A DNA stretch of 64,000 bases from Ranitomeya imitator (taxonomy: Eukaryota), in assembly GCF_032444005.1 (NCBI RefSeq), contig NC_091290.1, positions 132,184,001-132,248,000 of the forward strand, given 5' to 3'. Of the stretch, positions 12,348 to 23,500 are shown piece after piece. The translations under genes and the position numbers were made by a program. Position 1 is the stretch's first letter. Each line of letters begins with the position of its first letter. The notes under the pieces were generated by a model. That model saw nothing but the letters and a program-made list of their open reading frames with translations, searched no databases and was not told the origin of the DNA.

Positions 12348-13645
12348 ATAATAATAATTTTTATTTATATAGCGCCAACATATTCCGCAGCGCTTTACAA
12401 ATTATAGAGGGGACTTGTACAGACAATAGACATTACAGCATAACAGAAATACAGTTCAAAACAGATACCAGGAGGAATGAGGGCCCTGCTCGCAAGCTTA
12501 CAATCTATGAGGAAAAGGGGAGACACGAGAGGTGGATGGTAACAATTGCTTTAGTTATTTGGACCAGCTATAGTGTAAGGCTCAGGTGTTCATGTAAAGC
12601 TGCATGAACCAGTTAACTGCCTAAGTATGTAGCAGTACAGACACAGAGGGCTATTAACTGCATAAAGTGTATGAGAACATGATGCGAGGAACTTTTTTTT
12701 TTTTTTTTTTTTATTATAAATAGGCCTCACAGGGATCGTTAGGTTAATGCATTGAGGCGGTAGGCCAGTCTGAACAAATGAGTTTTTAGGGCACGCTTAA
12801 AACTGTGGGGATTGGGGATTAATCGTATTAACCTAGGTAGTGCATTCCAAAGAATCGGCGCAGCACGTGTAAAGTCTTGGAGACGGGAGTGGGAGGTTCT
12901 GATTATTGAGGATGCTAACCTGAGGTCATTAGCGGAGCGGAGGGCACGGGTAGGGTGGTAGACTGATACCAGGGAGGAGATGTAGGGTGGTGCTGAGCCA
13001 TGGAGTGCTTTGTGGATGAGGGTAGTAGTTTTGTACTGGATTCTGGAGTGGATGGGTAGCCAGTGTAATGACTGGCACAGGGTAGAGGCATCGGTGTAAC
13101 GGTTGGTGAGGAATATGATCCTGGCTGCAGCATTCAGGACAGATTGGAGCGGGGAGAGTTTGGTAAGAGGGAGGCCGATTAGTAGAGAGTTACAATAGTC
13201 CAGACGAGAATGAATAAGTGAAACAGTCAGAGTTTTTGCAGAGTCGAAAGTAAGAAAAGGGCGAATTCTAGAAATGTTTTTGAGATGCAGGTAAGAAGAG
13301 CGAGCCAGTGATCGGATGTAGGGGGTGAATGAAAGGTCAGAATCAAGGATGACCCCAAGGCAGTGGGCATGTTGCTTTGGAGTAATGGTGGAACCGCACA
13401 CGGAGATGGCAATGTCAGGCAAAGGTAGGTTAGTAGAGGGAGAGAACACGAGGAGTTCAGTTTTTGACAGGTTTAGTTTCAGATAGAGGGAGGACATGAT
13501 GTTAGAGACAGCGGTAAGACAATCACTGGTGTTTTCTAAAAAGGTCGGTGTGATATCAGGAGCAGAAGTGTATAATTGGGTGTCGTCAGCATAGAGATGG
13601 TACTGGAAACCAAATCTACTGATTGTTTGTCCAATAGGGGCAGTA
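12348..13645 (-). mobile_element. 5'-truncated L2 (LINE2) retrotransposon with intact RT C-terminus
   Basis: About 300 uninterrupted codons from TAPIGQTISRFGFQYHLYADDTQLY through HSRLDYCNSLL and LHWLPI to LKTHLF. A 3' UTR and a short (ATT)n tail follow at 12348. Confidence 0.95.
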
Positions 13646-13658
13646 TTGCATTTGAAGA

Positions 13659-13896
13659 CAGTGATGAACGAATGTGCTGGGATAAGATGTTATCTGAGCA
13701 TGCTTGGGTGCTAAGTGTCTTCAGCATGCTCAAATATGTTTGAGTCTCCGCAGCTGCTCAACAGCTGGAACACATGCATGGATTGTCTGTTAGTTAATCC
13801 CTGCATGTGTTTCACCTGTCTTAACAGCAGTGGCATCTTGAACATTTTAGAGCATGCTCAGATAACATCTTATCCGAACACATTCGCTAAACACTA
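13659..13896. mobile_element. Non-autonomous hAT-like MITE
   Basis: Long TIRs (agtgatgaacgaatgtg...gataagatgttatctgagcatgct / agcatgctcagataacatcttatc...cacattcgctaaacacta) flanked by a repeated gaaga(cag). Confidence 0.75.
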
Positions 13897-14384
13897 GAAG
13901 ACAGTCCTCAAAGTTGCTTTGCACAGATCAGGCAAGATACATGCACCAATACTATAGGTTTTAGAGCCATTAACACGGCAGCCCTCCTAGTGTAGATATT
14001 TTTCACAACTTGTGCCTAAAGTATTCAGATGACTGTACTACAGCTACACTGAATGGTGCGTTTTTTTTTTTGGTTGTTTTTTTTTTTATCACTGGCTCCT
14101 GCGCAGATTGTAAGGGCACAGTCATATGGCTGTATAACTTGGACGACGATTGCAACGCAATGCTCGGACTGGCTGGCAGGTTTCCAGACCAGAGTGCAAG
14201 AGGTGCATAGAAAGGAATGGGTTCACGCTACGGTGAGGAGAACAGATGGCCAGTCCAAGCATTGTGTTGCGATTCTGATCCGAGTCATATGGGCCCCCCC
14301 CCCCCCCAAAAAAAAAAAAAAAGAGAAAATATATATAATTCTACAACCTGCAGTAACCACCGATTGACCAAACCGCTGCACGGC

Positions 14385-14582
14385 CAGCTCTTCCCTACCT
14401 GCTGTATCCTCACCCATCCCTTGTAGATCGTGAGCCCTCGCGGGCAGGGTCCTCACTCCTCCTGTACCAGTTGTGACTTATATTGTTCAAGATTATTGTA
14501 CTTGTTTTATTATGTATACCCCTCCTCACATGTAAAGCGCCATGGAATAAATGGCGCTATAATAATAAATAATAATAATAAT
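14385..14582 (+). mobile_element. L2 3' end / L2-derived SINE tail
   Basis: cccttgtagatcgtgagccctcgcgggcagggtcc...gtaaagcgccatggaataaatggcgctataataataaataataataat. Confidence 0.8.
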
Positions 14583-14870
14583 ATATACATACACACACAT
14601 CTGTTCCGGCAAAAATGGGTAGTATGCACAAACAGAGGGCTGCAAATAGCCAAGAGCAGCACTAAAGGGGCTGGTAGAAAAGCTAGGTACAGCGCTTGGC
14701 CAGTCTATAGGAAGTTGATGGATCTCTGGTCAGGTCCGTGCATTGCTGCTTTAATGGGAATATCGGTGCCCCATTCTGCAGATCGGTGCAGGTCCCAGTG
14801 GTCAGACCACCAGCTATCAATAAGTTATTACCTATCCAGTGGATAAGAGAAATTGTTTAATCGGACAAAG

Positions 14871-14960
14871 CAGGGCTGTGGAGTCGGTAAGCCAAACCTC
14901 CTACTCCTCAATTTCCATGACACCGACTCCCATCAAAAAGGCTCCAACTCCACAGCCCTG
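14871..14960. mobile_element. 90-bp hAT-like mini-element
   Basis: TIRs CAGGGCTGTGGAGT / ACTCCACAGCCCTG; imperfect TSD cggaca(a)ag on both sides. Confidence 0.75.
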
Positions 14961-15213
14961 CGGACAAGGCCTGTAAAGGTTTGAGCACTACTGTAACAAG
15001 GTGTAAAGTTAACAAATATTGTGCCCCATCTCAAATATGGGCCTTATTAAGAGGGCTGTAATCAAAAATTGTATCACACAGCCGCATGCAGTAGAGTTAC
15101 CCAGAACTAGATATCCAAGGTTCTTTGCGCTTTCCCATAGAAATGTATTAATGCAATATCAGCTGTTGCTGAAGGAATTTTGACCGACATTTGTACTTAA
15201 ATCAATAAAGATA

Positions 15214-15219
15214 TTTATT
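15214..15219 (-). terminator. PABPN1L polyadenylation signal
   Basis: AATAAA on the minus strand about 205 nt after the stop codon. Confidence 0.65.
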
Positions 15220-15424
15220 TTTCTATCCAGAAGAGAAAAAAAAAAATCCAGTACGTTTCTCCAGTTTCTCAGCACTACATGTAGGTTGCACAAGAATAAT
15301 CTATCAGTTGGTTTGTGGAAGCACTGACGCAAGGTGTAGGAGATGTTGCAGGTCTAGGAGGGCCTAAACCATTCTTGACACGGGACGGACATAATCGTAC
15401 GATTTCCAACCACAATACTGAGGT

Positions 15425-15464
15425 TCAGTAGGGCTTATTCCACTGCACGGTTCTTCCACGACCT
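15425..15464 (-). CDS. PABPN1L: PABPN1L coding exon 7
   Basis: ttttccctag|AGGT; [15 protein letters not shown]. Confidence 0.92.
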
Positions 15465-18400
15465 CTAGGGAAAAGAAAGAGTTGGGGGATCAGAGGAAGC
15501 ATTGAAAATGTCTACATAAACACTGTGTAATGTGGGTAAGACTGGGGGTATTTTAATTGCGTCAGTGGCAAATATATATATTTTGACATGGGGGATGAAA
15601 AAGCATCAGCCCTGCCTTACCGGAGATATTGCATAAACGAGACACAGACACCCCCCAATTCTAGACCCCATTAGAACATATGGATGGATCCAGCTCAATT
15701 AGCCAAAAACCAAGAAGAATCCCTCAAGGGAACAGTTCAGGAAGCGGTGCTTTGTGGAAAACACACACACCACTTAATTTCTCAATTTTTTCTTTTTAAA
15801 GAATCCATGCCCCTTCTACGCCTTTATCCCCCTCCTCCTGAATGTGCGTTTTAACGTAGAGACACAAGACACCTTCCAGAATGGTTTCCAGGAGGCTTTA
15901 TCGGTGCCCAAGAGATTTGCCAAATTCTTCCAGCTATCTTTGAAGCATCCAATATGTTCAGGGAGAGTTGGCAAATATGGGTCATGTTGTCTTAAATTCT
16001 ATTCCAGAAAGGATATCACAGCATCAACCACTTTGCTGGTTTTATCCCTTTACAAAAACTAGTACACAGACCTGTATGGACGATTCCTGGACCTCTGACC
16101 TCTTTGGAAGTTCCCCCTGGTCCCTCGGGGTCTTGCACGGAATCCTCCCCTGTCCGTGCTGCTAATGCCGGGCATGTTTGTCCTCTTGGGTAAAACCTAA
16201 AAAGGGCAGAATACAAACCATTAGGGGTCCGTATTTAGAAATGAAACGGGTTAGCGGGACACATGTTAGAACATCTAATGACCACTACCTTCCCCATGAT
16301 GGCATATCTGAAGGATGCCCCTCGAGGGATCATTGTGCCATTTTTTTTTTTTTTTTATATTTCTTAAATCGGCTAGAACATTTATCCTTGGACAGGTTAA
16401 GTGAATAAAATTGATCATCGCGTTATAATGGCGATGTTGATGTGTAGGAAAGTGGAAAAATTGGGCAAAAGTACGAGTGCGAGTGACAGAGGCCAAATTC
16501 TATGGCAAAGACAACTGGGTCAAACAGTTTAGGTAAAGGTGTCCGATCATATGGATTATTGCAACCTGCCGGCTATGCGGTTGCATAATCTTAGACCACT
16601 CAAGGTGCCATGCTGACCCACGTCCACCACCAAATGCACCTGCAATGAGTGTAGGAACTGGACTTTGTGGCTCTGTGAGTCTGTTGGGCCCTCATGATGA
16701 GATTGTGATGGGTTTTTCAATGGCAGTCGGTGCCTGTACCCAATGTGGGAATGGTTCAAGTTGATGACTTGTCTCCAAATCTCAAGCTAAAAATGGATCT
16801 CCAGAGAGATGTGTTCAGAAAACCGGTCATGTCCATTAGAGGTCACACCAAGCAGATTAATAGACAAAAGGATCTGCTGACATCTTTATAGCCATTCCGG
16901 CTTTATAGAGGATTGGGATAGATTATACATTCACCCTGTTCTCCACATTTATAATCTCACCTTGATTGTTCGTCCTCGGAACACGGATTCGTCCATTGCG
17001 ACGGCAGCTTCCATTGAGCTCTTTTCTGCAAACTCTATATATGCATATCTATAGGACAAGTTAGGGCCATAAGTTATATCTCCATTATAATCACCCAGTG
17101 CAGAGTGGACTCTTCTATCAGAACCTTATCTCACATGCACAGAAGGTAAGGAATTCAGTTTACTGAACTTTTGGCAAGCACAGTCATTAAGGCCTGGATA
17201 GAAGACATCTTAACGAGGCCTTAAACCACAGTCTTATCTTACCCTTTGGGATGTCCAGAATATTTGTCACATAAAATTGTGATCCGGTTGATGGAGCCAC
17301 AACTACTGAAGTGAGACTCTAAATCCTGGGCTGTGCCTCCATAATCCACCTGAGACGAGAAGAGGCGAAGACTTAACCCAAATTATTAAGGAATTCTCAA
17401 TCACACCAAAGATGGCAAAAGCCTGCTCAGATTTCCCCTCCAGAAGCCAAATCAATATGACTAGCAACAGAAAAAAAATAGATTTTATTTCCTGTCAGTG
17501 GACCGTCAACCGACATCGCCAGTATAGATTGCAGGTCGGCCTAATAAAAAGTTTAAAAAAATTAAACACAACACTACAGATTGTAGCCATCTTTGGGTAT
17601 GTGCACACGTAGCGGTTTTGACGCTGTGGATTCGCAGCCTTTTTCCATGAGTTTACACTACCATGTAAACCTATGGAAAACAAAATCCGCAATGTACATG
17701 CTGCGGAAAAAAAAGCACGGAAATGTCGCGTTTATTCTGCAGCATGTCAATTCTTTGTGCGGATTCCGCAGCGGTTTACACCTGCTCCATTATAGGAATC
17801 CGCAGGTGTAAAACCGCAGGTGGAATCCGCACAAAAAACGAGGTAAGTCCGCAGGTAAAAACACAGTGCTTATTACCTGCGGATTTCTCAAAACAGGTGC
17901 GGAAAAATCCACAGAGGTTCCATCTACGTGTGCACAGCCTTATTATAGTCTTTGTGCATATCATAGGAGTGTCCATCATACAGTCATCCTAAACAAAATG
18001 GCAGAGTTTTACCAAACAAAATCGTGTTAACAATCAGTAGCTCTTAGCTACTGGGGGGCAGAGGGGGTCGTCACATGAAGGGGATCATGAGGCAGAACAC
18101 AGCACAGGAGGAGAGCAGTAAAAGGCCTGCGTCCCTGCCTGACAGACTGCAGCTGGTAGCACAGTGGCCACCTATTCTGCAGAGCCTCCATCCTGCACTG
18201 ACTGACACTGAGGAGATTCTGTCAGGCTGCAGTTCTGTGCGCGCACGGATTGGCTCAGGCGCGCTGGGTCCTAGTGCCCGCCATCCGCCATTTCTCTCAG
18301 ACACGTCCTGCTGCTCCTCACTGACTGCAGAGTTCATCGGTAAGTGGGGATGGAATTTATTAGATTTATTAAATGAAGGCATGTCATGGTCACCGTGAGG

Positions 18401-21028
18401 TAAATGTGAGAGGATGGGGTGAATGTGGGGGCTGAGGGGCAACAGGGCACTGGGAGGGTGAATGTGGGGGCTGAGGGGCAACAGGGCACTGGGGGGGTGG
18501 TAAATGAGAATGGGGGTATTGTGAGGGCTGAGGAGCAACAGGGCACTGGGGGGGTGAATGTGGGGGCTGAGGGGCAACAGGGCACTGGGGGGGTATTGTG
18601 GGGGTTGAGGTGGGTGAGGAGCAACAGGTACTGGGGGGGGGGTAAATGAGAATGGGGGTATTGTGAGGGCTGAGGAGCAACAGGGCACTGGGGGGGTGAA
18701 TGAGGATGGGGGTATTGTGAGGGCTGAGGTGGGTGAGGGGAGACAGGGCACTGGGGGGTAGAATATGAAAGGACGGGGGTATTGCGAGGACCGAGGTGGG
18801 CGAATGTGAGGATGGGGTTATTATGGGGGCTGAGGTGAGGGAGGGGACAGGGCAGTACCCCAATTAGGGTGCACCACGTAGCTGTAGCCAGGATTACCTG
18901 ATTAAGGTCCCCCCCCCCCTCCCGCAAGCTGAAACCCTAGCTACGCCTCTGGTAAAAATGTATCCCATTATGGCCAACGGGGTTAGTCAGACGCCTGGCA
19001 CAGCTATTAATTTTTTCTGCTCCTTCGTAGTCAGTGGGAACAGAACCTGAACAAGGTTCTTCCCTGTTCTGTGCAGGCTCCTTAGAGGAGGTCCCCAGCA
19101 GGAGACCCAGGAGTTCAGTATAGCGACAGACACCAAATGTACTGTAGAACGTAGGACTGAAGTAAATTCCTAATTAGCGAGGCGAGTTGTTAACGACTTA
19201 CATTTCCTACATATACAGAACGTTTATCAGCCTCCCGCTTCTCTTCTGCGCTCAAAGAATAAGGAAGACCTGAGAAATGGGGAGAACAGCACGGGTTAGC
19301 TTGTAAGCCATCATCCCAGCAGCAGGGCCGGCATCTGCTCCTTTTTGTGTGAGGAGGACGAGGACTGCCAGATCTCTACATAATGACCCCCTAGATCAGG
19401 GGTGTCAAACTGCATTCCTCGAGGGCTGCAAACAGGTCATGTTTTCAGGATTTCCTTGTACTGCACAGGTGATAATTTAATCACCTACACAAATAATGAG
19501 TTGGTGATTAAATTATCACCTGTGCACTACAAGGAAATCCTGAAAACATGACCTGTTTGCAGCCCTCGAATAATGCAGTTTGACACCCCTGCCCTAGAGG
19601 GTACTCGAGGAGCACGTTTCTGCCCAAACCAACTATGAGGGCCGATGTCCTGTAGTGGGACCTTACATCCCAGAATCTTGCGGCTCAGAATTGGCAGGTC
19701 TACCGCTCCTTGCACAGATGAGAGCAGGTTCGCATGGAGCACATATGCAAGTAGACTAGATTACCTACCAACTTTAGAGTTCTCATCCGTCGGCTCATCC
19801 CCGGTCAGTCCCTTCAGGCGCTCCGCCTCTTCTTCCATCTCTCGTACCCGCATCTTTATGGCTTTCAATTCCTGGAGAATGCATGTACCCAGTGACTACA
19901 GCAGTACCATTAGTTACTGCACAGTCAGATATCATCTCACTGAAGGCTATAGGTACAGGACAACTTCCACTGAAATTGGACGATTATTTTAGGGTGTCAT
20001 TTGCACAAGAATTTCGATTTGCCGCTGAACTCATACACTGCAAGACCCCCACCTCTAATCATTACTGCTGCAATGGGTCCATCGATATGACTAGTGCGTG
20101 ATGTCATATGACCACTGCAGCTAATCACTAAGCTCAGCGGTAGTGCATCATGGCATGGCCAAATATTTAAAGGGACTGTCCATACAGAATGACTGTTGAA
20201 ACTAAGTAGAGATGCTCTGTACTTCACAGCAGGGCCAATCATTCAGACACATTTTGCCACCCATCTCCAGCCTCCTCCTTCTTTGATTGACATCTCTGGC
20301 TTCAAGGTGCCATAGAAGGGTGGAGATGGATGGAAACCAAGCAGGCGAAAAGCTGTAGTTAAATTTTTCGTCACACCAAGGGTGCGTCGAGCACCTGTAC
20401 TTCGCTTTAACAGTCATTCTGTAACCTCTTCACGACTGATGAAAATAATCTGGTCGTGTCCCTGCCTTCGATGCGGGCTCCGGCCCCGAGCCTGCATCTT
20501 TCCCTGCACATAACAGCTGATCTGATAAGCCGCCATGTGTCTGACAGCCGGGGATGTATCCACTCGCAGCTTTTAACAAGTTAAATGCCGCTGCCCATCT
20601 CTGACAGCAGCATTTAAAATGTGTTGGCCGCAAGCGCGTCACAATACCCGCCCATCAGCTGGGGGTCTGCAGAAGACACCCATGCGTATCATTGTAAAAC
20701 CCCTATGAACGCCGGCCCGTGGCATATCTCAGAAAATTTTGACAAAAGCCAATTTCTCTTACAAATTTTGGATTTTTTTTGCACCACTTGAGTAAAAAAA
20801 AAAAGAAAAAGTTATGGCTCTTCAAAGAAGGGGGTGGGGGGGGGGGGGGGGGGGTTGGGGGGTGCAAACAAAAAAAGAAATTTTCCTGGGGCTGAAGGGG
20901 TTAAGCGCAGCTGCAGCCCATAAAGACAAATTTTCTTATATACTGTGGTGTATAGTACAAGCGATTAAATAATTGCAGATTCAAGTGGGCAAAAATAGTA
21001 AAAATTCCCTGTAAAAAAAAAAAAAAAA

Positions 21029-21095
<67 letters not shown>

Positions 21096-22429
21096 TTTAA
21101 AACTAATATTTGGCATCATTGCATTTGTAAATGTCTCAACAAAATACTAAATACCTTACCAAGTGGACCCCCCCTCCCCCCCCCCCAAAAAAAAAAAAAA
21201 AAAAACAGACGCAAATTTGATATTTCCGAATTCTTGCTGACCTGGAGAGCTGCATTTCTAAGGACGGGGGCTATAAAAAAAAACAAAAAAAAAAAACAAG
21301 CAGACAGAATAAAAAGTTTTGGCTCTTGGAAGATCTCAAGAAAAAAAAAAAAAACCTGCAAGAGCACAGAAACAAAAAAAGTTCTCCAGTCAAGAGATTA
21401 ACCCTTTAATGACTGGGCTAATTTTTTCTCAAATCTGACAAGTATCACTTTATGTGGTAATAACTCTGGAACCCTTCATCATATTGATTTTTAGATTTTT
21501 TTTTTTTTTTTTGTAACACGTATTTTAGATAGTGGTAAAATTTATGTCGATATTTTCTGCATTTATTTATAAAAATATCGTAAAATGTAACAAAAATTCC
21601 ACAAAATTAGCAATTTTCAAACGTAGATTGATTATCCTTTTAATCCAGATAGTAATACCACGGAAAATCATTAATAAATAACATTTCCCCCGTCTCTGCC
21701 TTACATCAGCACCATTTGTAAAATGGTGTTTTATTTTATTAGCATTTGATGAGATTTAAAAATCTAGCAGTCATTTTTCACTTTTTCGAGGAAATAAATT
21801 TTTTTTTTTTTTTGGGGGGACCTATTAAGTTTTGAAATGACTTTGGGGGGTCCTATATATTGGAAACCCCCCAAAAGTGATATTAGTTTAGAAAACACAC
21901 CCCTCAAGGTATTTAACATTGCTTTCAGGCAGTTTATTAACCCTTTGGGTGCTTTTCAGGAATAAATACATTTAATTTTTGCCCATCAAAAAATGTTTCT
22001 AACTTCTGAACAGGCCGCTATAGCCGGCAGACTCTAAAGGTCGTTGGTGAATTGCCACGGCAAACATCAGGACCGTACAATCGAGATCTCGGGGTGTCAC
22101 CGCGCTCCGTTAACCATCTAGATGCTGTAGTCATTGACAGCAGCATTTAAAGGGTTAAACAGCTATAGTAGATACCATACACTAATCATGGCTGGTGCGG
22201 CAAGTTGTCAGCTGTAGTGTACAGCCGGCAGCTACAGGATTGTCAATCATCGGTGGACGCTAGTCTCTTATCGCAGGTCAGTAAAATGACGTCTTGGTGG
22301 TATTAGCACCACGCTATAGGAATGGCCGAGCACGCTAGGACGCCGACTTACAGGATCGTCAAAGTCTCCGCCTTCATGGAGGTCCTGTTCACCGCCGCCG
22401 ATTTCCAGTTCTGAATCCTTCCCAGACAT
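15425..22429 (-). CDS. PABPN1L: Embryonic poly(A)-binding protein 2 (PABPN1-like, cytoplasmic), 7 coding exons, ~202 aa
   Basis: Minus-strand exons 22429-22352, 19871-19769, 19269-19202, 17349-17243, 17048-16961, 16196-16072 and 15464-15425 join in phase (609 nt). The product has a coiled coil ([20 protein letters not shown]), a type II PABP RRM ([13 protein letters not shown]...HPKGYAYIEF) and an RG-rich tail ending PY*. The start codon is chosen by resemblance to Xenopus ePABP2; in-frame upstream ATGs exist. Confidence 0.95.
16072..16196 (-). CDS. PABPN1L: PABPN1L coding exon 6
   Basis: [42 protein letters not shown]. Confidence 0.95.
16961..17048 (-). CDS. PABPN1L: PABPN1L coding exon 5
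   Basis: [29 protein letters not shown] (RNP1); donor gtgaga. Confidence 0.96.
17243..17349 (-). CDS. PABPN1L: PABPN1L coding exon 4
   Basis: [36 protein letters not shown]; donor gtaaga. Confidence 0.96.
17595..17939. mobile_element. PIF/Harbinger-like MITE (ccgcag/ctgcgg-rich)
   Basis: Ends gggtatgtgcacacg ... cgtgtgcacagcc-tta; a sister copy lies at ~53800-54125. Confidence 0.7.
18035..18951. mobile_element. Non-autonomous DNA element with internal G-rich tandem repeat
   Basis: Imperfect TIRs cagtag...tagcta / tagctacgcctctg and a degenerate 8-bp TSD (ttaacaat/gtaaaaat). An internal ~36-bp gggcaacagggcactgggggg... array spans 18395-18850. Confidence 0.55.
19202..19269 (-). CDS. PABPN1L: PABPN1L coding exon 3
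   Basis: tttctcag|GTCTT; [22 protein letters not shown]; donor gtaagt. Confidence 0.95.
19397..19591. mobile_element. 195-bp fold-back hAT MITE in PABPN1L intron 2
   Basis: TIR CAGGGGTGTCAAAC; near-perfect palindrome over its whole length; 8-bp TSD ccctagat/ccctagag. Confidence 0.92.
19769..19871 (-). CDS. PABPN1L: PABPN1L coding exon 2
   Basis: ttctccag|GAATTG; [34 protein letters not shown]; donor G|gtaggt. Confidence 0.93.
21402..22154. mobile_element. Non-autonomous piggyBac-like element
   Basis: TTAA|CCCTTTAATGACTG ... CAGCATTTAAAGGG|TTAA. Confidence 0.7.
22352..22429 (-). CDS. PABPN1L: PABPN1L coding exon 1
   Basis: [26 protein letters not shown]; donor CCT|gtaagt; start codon uncertain. 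Confidence 0.8.
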
Positions 22430-23435
22430 TTCCCACGTCACATCCCAGTCAGGAGGCAACTGGCTGTGGTTGCCCCACACCTGACTACCGTAGCCCAGGC
22501 CTGAAGAACAGAACAGGAGAGCAGCAGACATCAATGCTATAGAGAGAAGGGTGGAAAAATCGTCCCCAGCTGCTCCCATTCATGGTCACATGGCGGCGGC
22601 CGCCATCTTGTAACACAATGGAGCCCTATTAGGTGGCTACATGATAGATTAAATATACAACTAACTGGATAAATTCCAGAGCACGTGTCTGGATATCTTT
22701 GGTAACCATTGCAATGGCGGGGGGCAACTAAACACCGAGCACCTCTGATTTACCTGCGTGTATCATGACACTCACACCAAGACTCCCCCAGAAAGCTTCA
22801 TGACTGCAAGGAGGAGACGGACATTCCTAATACAGCCGCCCTCATATTGCACACACTCATCCCACCCTTTCAGGCCCAGGAGAAAGGCCCTAGTACTCAG
22901 CACTACGGACCTGCGGAGTCTCTGGCTGCAATGCAGGGGTTAATGAGACAGGTGCAGAGGCAACCAGGAGGGCTGGATTTAATGGGACTGGTCTAATGGA
23001 TCATTTAGGCGGTTGCCCGTAGCGACATAAAGAGATTAATGCCTTATTTTTCCCCCTAATTTTGTATCAGGGGAGTTGGTTGCTATGGGCATCTTCATAG
23101 CAACAGGTTCAGTTACTACTCCTAGGCAGGCTTTGAAGGCCTAGTAGGCCTCGTGTATAAGGTCAGCCAGCTAAAGCAAAGTCAGATGTAACCTGTGGTG
23201 GAAAAACGTAGCCTAGTACACATATATAGGTTGTGACGGGCGACTGTGTCGATTTTTGGGTGGGCTGAGTCCGTTAATCGTGTACCTACAACAACCAATC
23301 AGAGCTTGACTTTCATTGTCTATGTTGCTCTGGATAAATGGAATATGGTCCGGTTGCTATAGGTAACAAGGGGGCCACGTTCCCCGGACAGTTTTGATAT
23401 GAAGCCCCCGGGATCACTGGATTTCCAGGACACGG

Positions 23436-23437
<2 letters not shown>

Positions 23438-23496
<59 letters not shown>
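23438..23496. repeat. (TA)n microsatellite
   Basis: Pure TA run; similar runs occur near 9290-9370, 21035-21092 and 28580-28635. Confidence 0.95.

Positions 23497-23500
<4 letters not shown>

Noticed and set aside
17940-17990. Possible extra PABPN1L exon after a ttttgtttag acceptor
   Set aside because: No GT donor at a compatible phase, and it runs into a Harbinger MITE; exons 3 and 4 already join in frame.
18071-18927. Pro-rich ORFs (226, 197 and 157 aa)
   Set aside because: Translations of the G-rich tandem array inside a non-autonomous DNA element.
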